Source of the DNA: Isurus oxyrinchus
Lineage: Eukaryota
Assembly (NCBI GenBank): GCA_026770705.1
Contig: JANJGN010000009.1
Span: forward strand, 35,526,001 to 35,590,000
Length of the DNA stretch: 64,000 bases
Direction of reading: 5' to 3'
Every line of letters begins with the position of its first letter. The stretch's first letter is position 1. The position numbers were made by a program, and so were the translations under genes. Positions 24,890-37,669 of the stretch are shown here, one piece after another. The notes under the pieces are model-generated. The model was not told the origin of the DNA and ran no database searches. It saw only the letters and a program-made list of their open reading frames with translations.

Positions 24890-25460
24890 GTGAGTGAAGG
24901 CATTGCCACCAATGGTGGATAAAAGGAGGGGGGAAGGCATAAGAGGTACAACTCAGAGGAATGGAGGATTTGGTAGTGGGGTGGGTCAGTTGCAGAGTCT
25001 GATTGGGAACAGTGGGATTGTAAAGGGACTTAATCATGTGAATGAGAACAGTAAATTTGAGGAATTTGGACAAGAAACAAATGTATGTCAGCAAAAATAG
25101 GAAGAATGGGTGAGTGAAAATTGATGTGGAATAGGGTATGGACAACCGAGCTTTGGAGGAGCTGATGTAAGTAGATGGTGAAGGTAGACAGACCTGCTGG
25201 GGAACATTAGAATAGTTGGGTCTTGAGGTGAGAAAAGCACATACGAGGATTTCAGGGGTAGGTAGCTAGAGGCAGGGAGGAGGGCAATGTTACAGAGGTG
25301 AGAGTAGTTAGCATTTGTGATAGAGAGGTTAAGAGGTGTAAATTCAGCTTGGGATCAAATAGCCCATAGGAGGTTCTGAGCAGTATGGTTCAGCTAGAAT
25401 CTGTGGCTGGGAGAGCCGTGGACTGTTAGCAAGAGTATGGGATTTATGGTAGGGTATGAA
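24890..25460 (-). mobile_element. Diverged L2-like LINE fragment
   Basis: Purine-rich plus strand typical of antisense L2-type ORF2. Loosely recognisable only. Confidence 0.35.
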
Positions 25461-26189
25461 GTTTATTTTCAGGATCTTACAACAATCTTTGTTAATACAG
25501 CATCATTAATATATTTTAAAAATTCCAAGTCACTTCACAGATGTGATGCATTCTGTTCTCAGTAATATTTCAGTGATGCTTAGGAGTGGAAAAGAGAAAG
25601 GCCACTGGCCTTTGCTTAATAGCTGGTCTTGCTGTCAACCACAATATTTTTTGTTAACTGTAGAGATAGATGCATGATGGTAATTGTGGCTTGCTGCTTT
25701 ATTGAGTCTCTTCAGCTGACAGTGATAGTTCTTGGAAGCTCTATTAACTTAAGCCACAGGCCTCTCAGAGAGGTCCAGACCTTTGATGAATAATGTTGTT
25801 AAATGTAGCTTAGCTATAGAGAATGCTAATGTATAGGTGGCTTTGATGTTCATATTTGTGAAAGTTTATATTATAGCTGCAAATAATACCCATGTGCCAT
25901 GTTTCACTTTTGACCCTGCAGTTCTTTAAATATAAAATCATGTCCACGTTAATCTATTTACTTGCTGGAAATGAGTTTTCCTTTATTCCATCAGTGATAA
26001 ACAATGAGAAATTGTAGCTAGGTTCCTGGGATATTTCAGTGGGTTTATCCAGTCAGTGGCTGAGCTAAACAGACCAGGAAGATTCTTGGTTTGATTCTTT
26101 GATATGTACAGAATTATCTGATCTCAGCCAAGGATGCAATGGGTCACTTGAGCAAAAGTCCCTAGATTGGATTGTCACTCCAGGTTGCT

Positions 26190-26840
26190 GACCCTGATGC
26201 CAGGAGGAATTCTGAATTGGGAACCCGGGAATAGTGGCAGTGGGACCCAGGAAGCAATTCTCGGGAATGTGGCCAATTAAATGGTCACCTGCAGGAACCC
26301 TGTCCAATAAAGGACAGTGGGCAGGCTCCTGAGGCTGGAGGGCCAATAGAAGTAGGAGAAAGAGAGCGCCTCAAGATGGAGGTGCCATTTGAGAAGCATT
26401 TATGAATTTATAAATATAAAAAGACCACAGCTGCCAGGCCATCACTATGGAGGGGTAACCCCTCCACTGGACTACCAGTGGATGCAGTTATGGTCCTATG
26501 GCTATGGTGGGTTCAGGGGTGGGATGGTTTCCTTGCAGGATGGACCGCTGCCACCACACTGCACACCCACTCCAAAATCTCACGCCAGTCTGCCACTGGG
26601 AAGCTGCCTCCACCCCCCCTGTTTTTTGGTATATAGGCCCTTTAGGTAGCCTAATTGGTGACCTATTGCTTCTGGGCAGGTAGCTGTTTCCCTATTACCC
26701 ACCTCCCTGATCCAGCCCGTTCCAAACTGGCTCGAAGGCAAGAACATATTGGCAAATTGGCATGCTGCCAGTTGCAGAAAATTGCTGGCCTGCCCACTTC
26801 CGGTGCCACATCTAATGTAAAATGAAAATTCAACTGCCCT
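26190..26840. mobile_element. Diverged Harbinger-type non-autonomous element
   Basis: ggccaattaa and gggccaat motifs, end gaaaattcaactgccc. Appears to interrupt an old SINE-like sequence. Confidence 0.4.
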
Positions 26841-27637
26841 GAGTCAGACACCCAGGTTGGCAATTCCTCATTTATTCAGGACTTCTGTTGAAAGTTTATA
26901 TATGTGGACATCAAGTGAGGCAGGATCAGACTTGCTGTGAAAATCTTGTTAATGCTCTTCATCCAGAAATGTGGGCTAGATACTGGAGACAACAAATACC
27001 CATAGAACCATATCAAAACATGAAGCTAATCTCTTCAAAAGGGACATTAGGAACTAAAAGCTGGTAAAGAAACTTAAAAAGGAAACAACATTTCAAACTA
27101 TATCTGATTGTTCTGTTGGTGATTAAGATCACTTAAAATGGCTTAAAGCTAAAAACATATCTACAAACCCAATAAAAATGCAGATGCCAGTGTAAAAATT
27201 GCTGAAATGGTGAATGGTGATTCTAAAGTCAAAATAGAATGGTGGTGACAACAGAAAACAAAAATATAAATTATATCAAAAACGTCTGCTAAAGAAAATG
27301 CCAGCTTCAACTGTCTGACAGCATAATTAGAAAACATGCCGCCAAACCATAGATTGCATCTAAAATAATGGTATCATATTTCAGGTTAAAAAGCATAAAG
27401 AGATAGAAGAGATGTAGATTGAAATGAAAAAGTAACCTTTTGCAGTTTTGATTGTGTTAAGAATGAAATCCACAACCTTGGGACACTGTCCCAATGCAGA
27501 CAGAATGGTGTGCCCCGTGCTCAATTTAGCAATGCTTGAACAGCAACATGTTGAAATATTGCAAGTAACTGATGAGTCTGAAAGAGCAAATGACCAACCA
27601 GAGGAACAAACAGCCCCAGGGAGTTCCTCAAGATTTG

Positions 27638-28314
27638 GGGAAGGGCTTTTCGCTTGGCATGCGGGTGTGCACCCGACACACCTTAGCATGACATAGCACG
27701 TGATGACGTTGGGCGAGCTCCCAACATCATCGTGCACTCGTGCGATATTTCGATCGGTAGGCGCACACAAGAGTCTGCAACGCGCCTGCTGACAATTAAG
27801 AGGTCTATTAATGCCATTAATGTGTTAAGTGTGATTTTTTGCTGCCCGTTACGATTGGCAGGTGAGCAAATCAGCCAAACGGCCTTTGGATTTTTGTGGA
27901 AACCTCATCCACAGGTGGGATGAGGTTTCTGATCTTAAAAAACATAAAAACGTTTTGACAGAATTTTTAGAATCTATACGTTCATGTGAGGGAGTCTGGC
28001 ACGTGAACATTTCTTTCCTCATTTCCAAATCTTTATTTCATGGTTTAAAATTCTTCAGCTCCCAGAGGCAGCTCTCTGCTTTTAGGGAGATTTCATTGCG
28101 CGCTCCCCATGCCCACGCAGACTTCAGCGCTTGCCCTCCTCCCGTCTCTGCCCCGGCAGCGCTAAGCCTTTCAGTGCGCATTTCATGATGGTTGGCCATT
28201 ATTTGGCCAGCCAGCGTGAAATGTGGTTGGGGGCTGATTGCGGGTGGCAAGCTGTCTCCTGGCCACTCCTGGGCCCACACACCACGCCTGCCCAACGACT
28301 TCAAAGTCCTGCTC
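27638..28314. mobile_element. ~690-bp Harbinger-type MITE
   Basis: Homologous along its length to 29664-30351, with central gaaacctcatcc..ggatgaggtttc hairpin. TIRs decayed. Confidence 0.8.
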
Positions 28315-28898
28315 CGATGGTGTTGTACCATAGACTAATGCAATGGCAATAAAGTAGCACCACTTTTCTAATTCACTTAATATCTTCAGATTGCCTGAGG
28401 TTGCAGGAAATAAGCAACACTGAATGAAAAGTTGCTGTTGAAGGTTTATAAGTCGTTGCCAGAATGGCTTTACCCTTCACACTCTGCAAGGCCTGCATAC
28501 AACTATACAAACAGGGAGAAGTGGAAGAGCAAGTTGGCTCATTTACCAGCTTATTAGGTTCAATATCCTGCCCACTCCAAGCAGACAACTACGCCATCCA
28601 GCTAAGGTTAATAGCAGCGAGGTAATTCAAAGAGTCATAAAGTTTAGCTGATGCAGTATTTCAGAACTTCACATTTCTGCAGCCGGAGTGCCTCACAGTT
28701 AAGAAAGTTTCTAAACTGATCTTTCTCTTTACCAATACACAGTAAGCCATACTAAGCTAATGTCTTCACTATCACAAAGGAGAGAAGTTTGTCAGGCTCC
28801 ATTTCCAAGTGGTCTTTCCTTTATAATATTAAGATTCATTGTCATGAAAATGTGCTTTATGCCAAATAATGATTTTTAATCCACCGGCGGGAAACATG

Positions 28899-29009
28899 GG
28901 GCAGAATTTTCCAGCCCTGCCCATGGTGGGAATTGATGCAGGTGGTTTGGAAGATTTGGTGAACCAAATAATATCCATTGACTTCGGGTGGGACTGGAAA
29001 ATCCTGGCC
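28899..29009. mobile_element. 111-bp Harbinger-type MITE
   Basis: TIRs gggcagaattttccag / ctggaaaatcctggcc with ATG duplicated on both sides. Confidence 0.75.
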
Positions 29010-29184
29010 ATGAATTGAGTTTTTAAAAGGCAGAGGTCTGAATTTTACATGCTCCGGCGTCCTGTTTCCCATGGTGGGGGGGGGGCACGCAAAATGGGGG
29101 CAGGAGGGAGGTGGCACCAGCCGTGCGAGACAAAGTTGGCGCACATTCTATTATTTTACTTAGATCAGTTTACATATAATAAAT

Positions 29185-29469
29185 TTTGTTTTTATTCATT
29201 CATGGGATGTGGGCATCACTGCCCTTCAGAGGGCATTTAAGTGTCCACCACATTGCTGTAGGTCTGGAGTCACATATCCTTCCCTTTAGTAAACCAGATG
29301 GGTTTTACAACAATGATGTCATTATCATTATCAGACTTTAAATTGAAGATATTTACTGAATTCAAATTTCACCATCTGCCATGGTGGGATTCAAACCTGG
29401 GTCCCTGGAACATTACCCTGAGTTGCTGAAATATTAGTCAGTGACAATACCACTATATCACCGCCACCC
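29185..29469 (-). mobile_element. tRNA-derived SINE with internal deletions
   Basis: Reverse complement of the 24533 copy (ttcatgggatgtgggc ... gggattcaaacc ... caataccactat). Confidence 0.8.
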
Positions 29470-29663
29470 TATTTAACCTCATTCTTTGTTACACTCAAGA
29501 AAACCTATCCTATTGGTTCTTTTCTGATCACAGTGCATAGATGGTTGAAACTCACAAAATTGGCAAGCATATCCTTTTCAATCAAAAAAAACCCAGTTGT
29601 GGTCAAACAAGGAGAGGGCAAAGAGGGGAGCCACTCAAACCCTCCTCACCTAGTTGTAACACT

Positions 29664-30351
29664 GGGCAGAATTCTCTGCTTGGCATGCAGGCGCGCACTC
29701 GACATGCTCGAGCATGAAATAGCGCACGATGATGTTGGGTAAATGTCCTGATGTCATCACGCACTCACGCGATATTTCAGTCGGCGTGTGTGCATGATAA
29801 TCGGCAGTGCGCCAGCTAAGAATTAAGAGGCCTATTAAGGCCATCAAAGTATCTATTAATAGGGATTTTTTGTTGCTCGTCCAACCATACGGTTGGAGGT
29901 TGGTCAAATTGGCCAGGCGGCCTTTGCATTTTTCAGGAAACCACATCCAAGGATGGGATGAGGTTTCCGTAATTAAATTTAAAAAATCTACATGCAAAAT
30001 TTTTATAGCGTCCATGTATAGGTGACTCATTCTGATGTGTGGATATTTTTTTCGGATTTTAAATTCTGGCTTTATTGATTTTAAATTCATCAGCTCCCTA
30101 AGGCAGCTCTCTGCCTTTAGTGAGCTTTCCTTCCACACTCTCCCACACCTGCGCTGAGTTCAGTGCTTGACCTTCTCCTGCCTCCACCCAGGCAGTACTG
30201 AGCCTTTCAGCGCATCTTTCATGCTGGCTGGCTGTTAATTGGCCAGCCATTGTGAAATCTTAGTCGTGGGCTGATCGCAGGTGGTGGCCCGTATCCCAGC
30301 TGCTCCCGGACCCGCCGATTGCGGCCGCCCGCCGACCCGAACATTCTACCC
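29664..30351. mobile_element. ~690-bp Harbinger-type MITE
   Basis: TIRs gggcagaatt / cattctaccc with perfect ACT TSD (29661-63, 30352-54). Confidence 0.88.
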
Positions 30352-32694
30352 ACTGTCTACTTATACACAAAGCTATGTCAGGATCCTGATGGTCTAGTGG
30401 CAAATGCATTACAACCGAGCTATACCAAGAATAGCTCTAGGTTTGATTGCTTGTTATCTGTTGGTTTATGAGATCATAATACATGAAAAAAGCCATTCAA
30501 CCCATTTATCTATCTAACCACTCTAGTATTGAACTGTTCCTGAAATAATTCCAGGTTTTTGTCTCACAGTAGCTGGAAGTTTATTCCACATGTTAATTAC
30601 TCTGTGTGCAGAAGAATTCACTGATATCAGTCCTAACATCTCTAACTATTATCAAGCTGTGTACCTGATTGCCATTTTGATAATTTAACTTAAAAATAAT
30701 TAGATGAAATTTTGTGTTGAGTGGTAGTCAACCTTAATGCCCCATGGGGTTAAATAACACTAGCCAGGGTTTCCATTTCTGATCTGTATTTAACTCTTTG
30801 AAGCCCACTTTGGTCAAATTCTCTGCTCATCTTCACCACTTAAGCCTTCCAATAAAGCATGACCATTTGGATATGTGAAATCAATGCTATGTATTCCAGT
30901 GTGACTGATAGTCTTCAGGAGAGGTGTCAGGAGGTCGAGGTGAATTTGTTCATTCTAATGACTGACCTTCTATACTTTTTTTGCAGCATTTTCTGTTCTA
31001 CAAAAGTATCAGTCTATGTGGTGCTTTATTGGGATGAGCAGTACTTTCACTTTCAGTTCATGGTTCTGTCAAAGGCGATGAGCCTTTTTATTGGAGTTAA
31101 GGCTCCTCTGCTGTGTTATTTGCTGGACACAATGGACTGATTGATGACTGATTTATACAGTATAGGGTGTTTGGGAGGAGAAAATATCATTTTTGCTGCC
31201 GCGTTAAGGGCAACACTGTGTAAATGTTAATATTTTTATTATTTTTGAAAATCCCTACAAAAGTCTTTCAGGCGTTGTCAAATGACTGTAAACAGCCCTA
31301 GACATTTCTTTCATTTACTACCAGGAAATTAATGCAGATCTATTAAAAATGCACTCACACTGTACTTTAATACCACCGCCTGGACTGATCATTATGTTTG
31401 AGCTGTTGTGCAACTGAGTGATTTCAGTGGAATCTGCTTCTCTGAGCACTTTTCCAGTCATCTAATGTTATTAAGACCAACCTTTACTTGGTCCAAATGC
31501 TGACAGTCATTAATGCTGCAATTTGTCATTGAAAATTAGATATGTGTTTATTTTTTGCTGTTACACCCCCCAGTTGTAAGTTGAAGTGGCTCTTAATCAC
31601 TCTGGTGTTAAGCATCATCACTGGTACATTCCACTATGCAAACTTCAAGGTGGCATTAATGCATCACATGCACATTTATCGTTGAAAGAAACTATTACCA
31701 GAAAAATTAAATCCTCCCAGAAGCTAACACCAATTTTAAAACCTAGGCCTTAACTAACAACTGTCCAAAGCTGAGTAATTGCATCCAGTAAAATCTCAAA
31801 TGTTGTTTACATCCAAGTACAATATGTGTGATGGTATAGGTGAAGAAGCATTACTCATGCTCTATGGATAACCAGCCAATCAGTTCTCAAGGGCGTTGTA
31901 ACATTGAAAAGCTCATTGCTAAGTAGTTGCAAATGAATTTTGTAATCATCCACAGGAAAGACCACAGTGGTTGCACAAAATGACCATAAAAGGAATGCAT
32001 CATCAATAGAGTTCAAAAGTTGGGAATTTGATGAATCTCAGGATTATGTGCAGAGGAGAAAGGAGGTGCTGCCTATTGCACTTAAAACTTGTAGTGGTAC
32101 ATGAAAGCTTAAGGCAATGAGTGTTTAAAATTGTTGTTAGTGGTTAATGCAAGTTGGTGTGGAGTAAACAAAACTTAAGAAGTAAAAGTAGATATAAATT
32201 ATCTAGAATAAGGTACAATAGATCAGATTCTTTGTCTGGACTGCAGTATGGGGGAGTTTGTGAACAGTGAGTCTGCCCCTCATGAACACACCTGCTGTAG
32301 ATCTCTCTGTCTCAAATCCCTCCGTTTCAGAGCCATTGGGCTGAAGTGCAATTTGGAGACATTCAGACACAAAAGGTAGGTGGAAAAGTCTCTGGACAGT
32401 TGGCACACGACTTTGGTGACACCCTATAGAGAGATGCAGGATCAGAAAATGGTTGAAGGAATGATAGTGTAAAAAGAACCTAGGTGAGATGGGGAGTAAG
32501 GATCAACAAAAACTGATTCTATCAATAGTTACAAAGTGTTTATTACCTGTAAGGATAAATATAAAGACTAGAAGGGCAGCTGTGGCACCTTCAGGTAGAA
32601 AGCTGTCCAAAGGGGCAAGGAGGAGGATGAGATGTGTAATGTAACAGTTGTAGGTGATTCAATATTAAGGGGACAAATAATATGCTTTATAAGC

Positions 32695-32860
32695 AAAATC
32701 CTGGAACTCCCTTCCTAACAGCACTGTGGGTGTACCTACATCACATGGACTGCAGCAGTTCAAGAAGGCAGCTCACCACCACCTTCTCAAGGGCAACTAG
32801 GGATAGGAAATGTTTGCCCAGCCTGCGAAGCCCACATCTCGTGAATGAATAAAAAAAAAA
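32695..32860 (+). mobile_element. Family-B LINE 3' tail
   Basis: caaaatcctggaactcccttcctaacagcactgtggg...cccacatctcgtgaatgaat plus A-run. Confidence 0.85.
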
Positions 32861-33089
32861 GATTGAGTGTCCTAAATGGTACTTTGTCCATCTGGTACCA
32901 GGATGACAGTCATCTTGAACCAGCTTAAAAGGATTTTGGATGACGATGAGGAGGATCCAGTCATTGCAATCCATTTTGGAACCAACAACATGGGGAAGAC
33001 TGGGCAAGAGATTTGGAGATTGTCAGAAACTAGGAGCTAAATTGAAGAGCAGGTCCTCAAGGGTTATAATCTCTGGATTATTGCCCTGG

Positions 33090-33981
33090 TGTAAGGAACC
33101 TCTTTTTATTTTTCTTGGACTGTGGCTTTAAAATTGGACTGTGGCTTTAAAAACTACAATGACTGCAGTTGAAAGACATGTTCACTGGATAGGATAAGGA
33201 ATATCTACAATGTTGGTATCTGGGCACAGAGAGTGCCACAAAAGATCAGGATGGTACCAGAAAGGAGCCCTGGACTAAGGGGAACTGCCTGTGGACAGCA
33301 TTTTAATTGGTTCCTGACTGGGTGACTAGGTGACTTCCACAAAGAGGAAAGACCTAAAACCTCTCTCTCTCCTGTGTTTGTAAGATTCCAGTAATTCTGC
33401 CATAGTAGCTAGCTGGCTATTCCTCACATCTCTGTAACCTGCATTCTCTGAAAGACCCTTTCAAGAGGAAGAGGCAAAAAAAAAACACAAGTAGAGACAT
33501 TGAAAAGCAAATTTTCAACCCCTGAACCACAGACTGAGAATGCTGGGAGACCACCTTGTATCATCAACAACAAACTGTAAGGAATTTGGAAGACATCAAT
33601 CAAAATCAACCCATCTAATCCTGTACTCAAGATTGGTGCTCCTGAACTGTTTTATCTCGCGCTTAAAATCCATGTTCTGTGTGTCTTACGTGTGTGTGTG
33701 TGTTTGTGTATAGGGTTTTAAGAAGGGGTAAAGTTTAAGTTATAGAGTTAAATGTTAGCAGTTCATATTCCTTTCCTTTGCCACGAGTTAAAAGCAATTT
33801 GTTCAATAAACAGTTATTTATTAAGTTTACAAACCTGGTGCTTGTATTCTGTTAACCTAAATTAAACAGTAAGGTAGAATTGGGGCAATCAGGTGGTTTG
33901 GTCAAACTTTTCACATTTGTCGTGGCTCAGGGAAACAGTGGGGCTTGATATTACAGCACACTATTCCCAGTGAGTCATACA
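33090..33981 (+). mobile_element. Solo LTR-like element
   Basis: TG...CA ends (tgtaagg / gtcataca) and AATAAA near 33805. Interrupts CR1 ORF1. TSD imperfect (ctgg/caag). Confidence 0.6.
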
Positions 33982-34192
33982 CAAGCCACAGGCATATTGG
34001 TGTAAAGATAAGAAGATTAGGGAAATAATGCATTGTTGAAGGAGTGGGGAGAAAAGAGGGATTCCATTGATGAGGCACTATAGCAGAAAGGAACTGGACC
34101 ATTGAGATAGATTACACCTGAGCCATGTTTGGAAAAGAGTCCTAGCAGAAAGGATAAATAGGGCAGTCACATGAATTTTAAACTACTAAATC

Positions 34193-34597
34193 GGGGGAGA
34201 TGATGGCATTGTGTTACTGTCACTGGACTAGAAATCCAGAGGCCCAGGTTAACGCTCTGGGGACATGGGTTCAAGCCCCACCATGGCAGCTGGTGGAACT
34301 TAAATTCAATTAATAAATTTGGAATGTAAAGCTAGTCTTAGTAGTGGGCACCATCACAACTATCAATGATTGTTGTAAAAACCCAACTGATTCACAGATG
34401 TCCTTTAGGGAAGGAAATCTGCTATGTTTACCTGGCCTGGCCTTGATGTGACTTCAGATCCACAGCAATGTGGTTGATTCTTAACTGCCCTCTGAAAAAG
34501 GCTAACAAGCCACTCAGTTCAAGAGTAATTAGGGATGGGAAACAATTGCTGGCCTTGTCAGCGATGCCCACATCCATGAAATAATAAATTTTTAAAA
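34193..34597 (+). mobile_element. Full-length tRNA-derived SINE
   Basis: Decayed A box and B box gggttcaagccc. Junction aagccactcagtt|caagagtaattagggatggg. Confidence 0.9.
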
Positions 34598-34675
34598 ATA
34601 TTGGGGGAGGGCTCAGGTGCAAAAGGTAACATAAATAACAATTCCAAAATAATCAAAAGTGAAGACAGTAGAGCA

Positions 34676-35340
34676 ACTATCAACATCCTGGGAGTTACCA
34701 TTGGCCAGATACCCAACTAGCCAGCCATATAAATGCTGTGGCTAAAAGAGCAGAGGCTGGGAATTGTGCAGTGAGTAGTTCAGCTCCTGACTCCCCAAAG
34801 CCTATCCACCATCTACAAGGTACAAGTCAGGAGTGTGATGGAATACTCTCCACTTGCCTGGATGAGTGCAGCTCCAACAACACTCAAGAAGCTTGACACT
34901 ATTCAGGACAAAGCTTTATTGGTGCCACTTCCATCGCCTTAAGCTTTCACTCCTTCCAGCATCACTACATACCTGCAGCAGTGTGCACCAATTACAACAT
35001 GCACTGCAGCAACTCACCAAGGCTCCTTTGACAGCACATTCCAAACCCACGGCCACTACCACCTGGAAGGACAAGGACAGCAGATGCATGGGAACACCAT
35101 TACCTGCAAATTTCCCTCCAAGTCATACACCATCTTGACCTGGAACTATATTGCCATTCTTGCACTGTTGCGGGGTCAAAATCCTGGGACCCCTTCCCTA
35201 ACAGCACTGTGGGTGTAGCTACACCACATGCAGCAGCTCAAGAAGATGGCTCACCACCACCTCCTCTAGGGTATTTAGGAATGGGCAACAAATTCTGTCC
35301 TAGCCAGTGACACAAGCATTTTGAAAAAGAATGAAAAAAA
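34676..35340 (+). mobile_element. Family-B LINE 3' fragment
   Basis: actatcaacatcctgggagttaccatt (INILGVTI), IYKVQVRSVMEYSPLAWMSAAP, then the 3' tail. Confidence 0.85.
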
Positions 35341-35399
35341 GGCAAAAATATACATTAGACACTGCAAGTAACAAAAAAACTAAAAGATGTAAAGCAATT

Positions 35400-35745
35400 T
35401 TTAAAAATTTGTATATGGGATGTGGGCATCACTGGCCAGGCCAGCATTTCTTACCCATCCCTAGTTACCCTAGTTCAGAGGGAATTTCAGAGTCAACCAC
35501 ATTGCTGTGGGTCTGGAGTCATATGTGGCCAGGCCAGATAAGGACACCAGATTTCCTTCCCTAAAGGGCATTAGTGAATCACGTGGGTTTTTAAAACAAT
35601 CAACAATGGTTTCATGGTCATCGTTAGACTACTAATTCCAGATTTTTATTGAATCTAAATTCCACCATCTGCAGTGTCCCAGGTCCCCAGACATTACCCT
35701 GGGTCTGTTGGATTACTAGCCAGCAACTATGCCATCGCCTCCCCC
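35400..35745 (-). mobile_element. tRNA-derived SINE
   Basis: Reverse complement of the SINE body. Ends actatgccatcgcctcccc. Confidence 0.85.
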
Positions 35746-36388
35746 AGAAGGGAGAAATTAAACACATGTGAATGAAACAATACAACAGACGGACAAGTTA
35801 GGATGTGGGGGTGAAATAAGCATTCTTTATATAAACACAGGAGTAAATGGAACAAAGGGAATGAATTTCAGGTGCAAATTCAACTAGGAGGGTATGCATG
35901 GTAGCTATTACTGAGGCTTAATAATTAAGAATGCAATCACTTCAATGCTAAGAGAAGGTGTAATGAGTGAAAAGCAGACAGTGAAGAATTAGGACACAGA
36001 AATATAATTCAGACCATATTGGCAGTTGTGAATAGGACCCTTGGTAGCAGCTGTGAAGTGGTGGATTGTACAAATACAGAGATTAGACAAACATGCAACA
36101 AAGGCAGTGTGATTTTAATGGGGATCTTAACATTCATACAGTTTGGGATAAGCAGACAAGCACATATCAGAAAGGTAATTATTTTTTTAAGTATGTCCAG
36201 GTTAGTGTCCATGATGTAATAGGGGCCATGCCATATTAGACTTAGAATCAACTTAACACTAACTTCAATGCAATGGAACTATCTACAGTCAGCTGGTCAG
36301 TGGGAGGCATTTAAACAAAAAAGATCCAATTTATACCCCTAAAGGGCAATAGCTCAATTTATCTAAGAAAATAGGCATGGATGACTAA

Positions 36389-37361
36389 TGCCATGCCCAG
36401 TTAAGACATGTCATATTATGAACTTGCAGTCAATACTTTTAAGAATTGGACACAAACAAACTGTTGATGGCTGGTGCAAATCATGTGACTTTTTGGCACT
36501 CGAATTACAGGCAGTATCAAATCTCTGACGAATGCTGAATAAATATGGACATAGGTGAGGGTACCTTACAGGTATTCACACATCTCATTGTTTAAGGATG
36601 GGCCAATAGCTAAAGACTGCCTGTCTCCACATTTCATACTGGACAAAAGGGAAGAGCAAAACTCAATGGCCACTATCAACTTCCCATCATGATGGCCTCC
36701 CCCATCCAAACAACACTGGATGGTAGGGGTGGGAGGGGGGTAATGGTTTGAGGGTGGTGGAGGGGAGTGGGTGGGTTTGTGCTCAGAAGTGTTAACCCAG
36801 CCGTTATGTCATCAAAACTAGGTTCAGGGACTGTATCCCTATTACTCCAGGACTCTGCAGATCCATCAGAAACATCAGTCGTCAGCCAGTCTGAGAACCA
36901 AGTCTTCGTGCATTCAAAGTACTTAATCTGTTCCCATTTCACAGTTCACTTGGGAATGAAATTCCTGGACAAGAAACCTCAAAACCTGCCATGAACCCTT
37001 CACTTTACAAGACCCTCGCTTCAAGTTTATATCATCAGATCCGTTCAAGAAATCATGGGCCTGCCATGTGGGGGACCAGAAATTGTATATCAGGGACTGA
37101 ATTAATTGAAATTTGTAAAAGTACACTATAATTATCTGCATCCAATATTTGTAGGCAAGTGTGTGCATGTGTGAGACCGTGTTTGCGATGTTGTGTTCAT
37201 TTGAGGTATGTGTGAGAATAAATAATCCTCTTCATTTTTAAACCCACAAAAGCTTGCTGCTGAATTATTTAATTGGCATATACACTCCAAAGGTGAGAAA
37301 AACCCATATAAAACATACTGATTATGGAAAGCAAGAGGGCACATACATTCTGTCTGTGACA
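36389..37361 (+). mobile_element. Solo LTR (Gypsy/ERV-like, 4-bp TSD)
   Basis: Ends tgccat...gtgaca (TG..CA, imperfect inverted). CTAA duplicated at 36385-88 and 37362-65. aataaa near 37217. Confidence 0.75.
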
Positions 37362-37669
37362 CTAAATGGGTTAAGAGACAACATAAAACTAAAAGAAAAC
37401 TAAAAGACAAAAATAGAAATAATAGCAAAGATCCTGAAAAATGGAAAAGATACAAAGAATGGCAAAAGGTGTTAAAACAGACAGCTGCTAAAACTGAAGC
37501 TGCATGAATCATAGAAAGTTAGCATGCAGGTAGAGCAAGCAATTAGGAAGGTAAATGGTATGTTTGCTATTGTTACAAAGGAAGTGGAGTTTAATTTTAC
37601 TTTTTCATGTGATGTGGACATTGTAGGCAAGACCAGCATTTGTTGTCCATCCCTAATTTCCCTTGATGA

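Larger units (their letters stand above)
32200..37600 (+). mobile_element. Old CR1 (family A) 5' region, ORF1 esterase plus ORF2 endonuclease, fragmented by nested insertions
   Basis: VTVVGDSILRG (32641) and HFGTNNMG / LGAKLKSRSSRVIISGLL are SGNH-esterase-like ORF1. VAITE and SVILMG at ~35900-36125 are EN-like. AWMTK continues across the LTR at 36389. Confidence 0.7.

Noticed and set aside
27437-27575. Possible minus-strand exon (acceptor tttgctctttcag, open frame DSSVTCNISTCCC...)
   Set aside because: Weak donor (GTTACT), no recognisable protein, no partner exons.
29650-30138. 162-aa ORF and other ORFs inside MITEs (e.g. 57209-57709)
   Set aside because: Not preserved between homologous copies and no domain similarity.
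30987-31140. Plus-strand acceptor-like site (ctgac...tttttttgcag) followed by a short ORF
   Set aside because: No recognisable product or convincing donor. Treated as part of the unique island.
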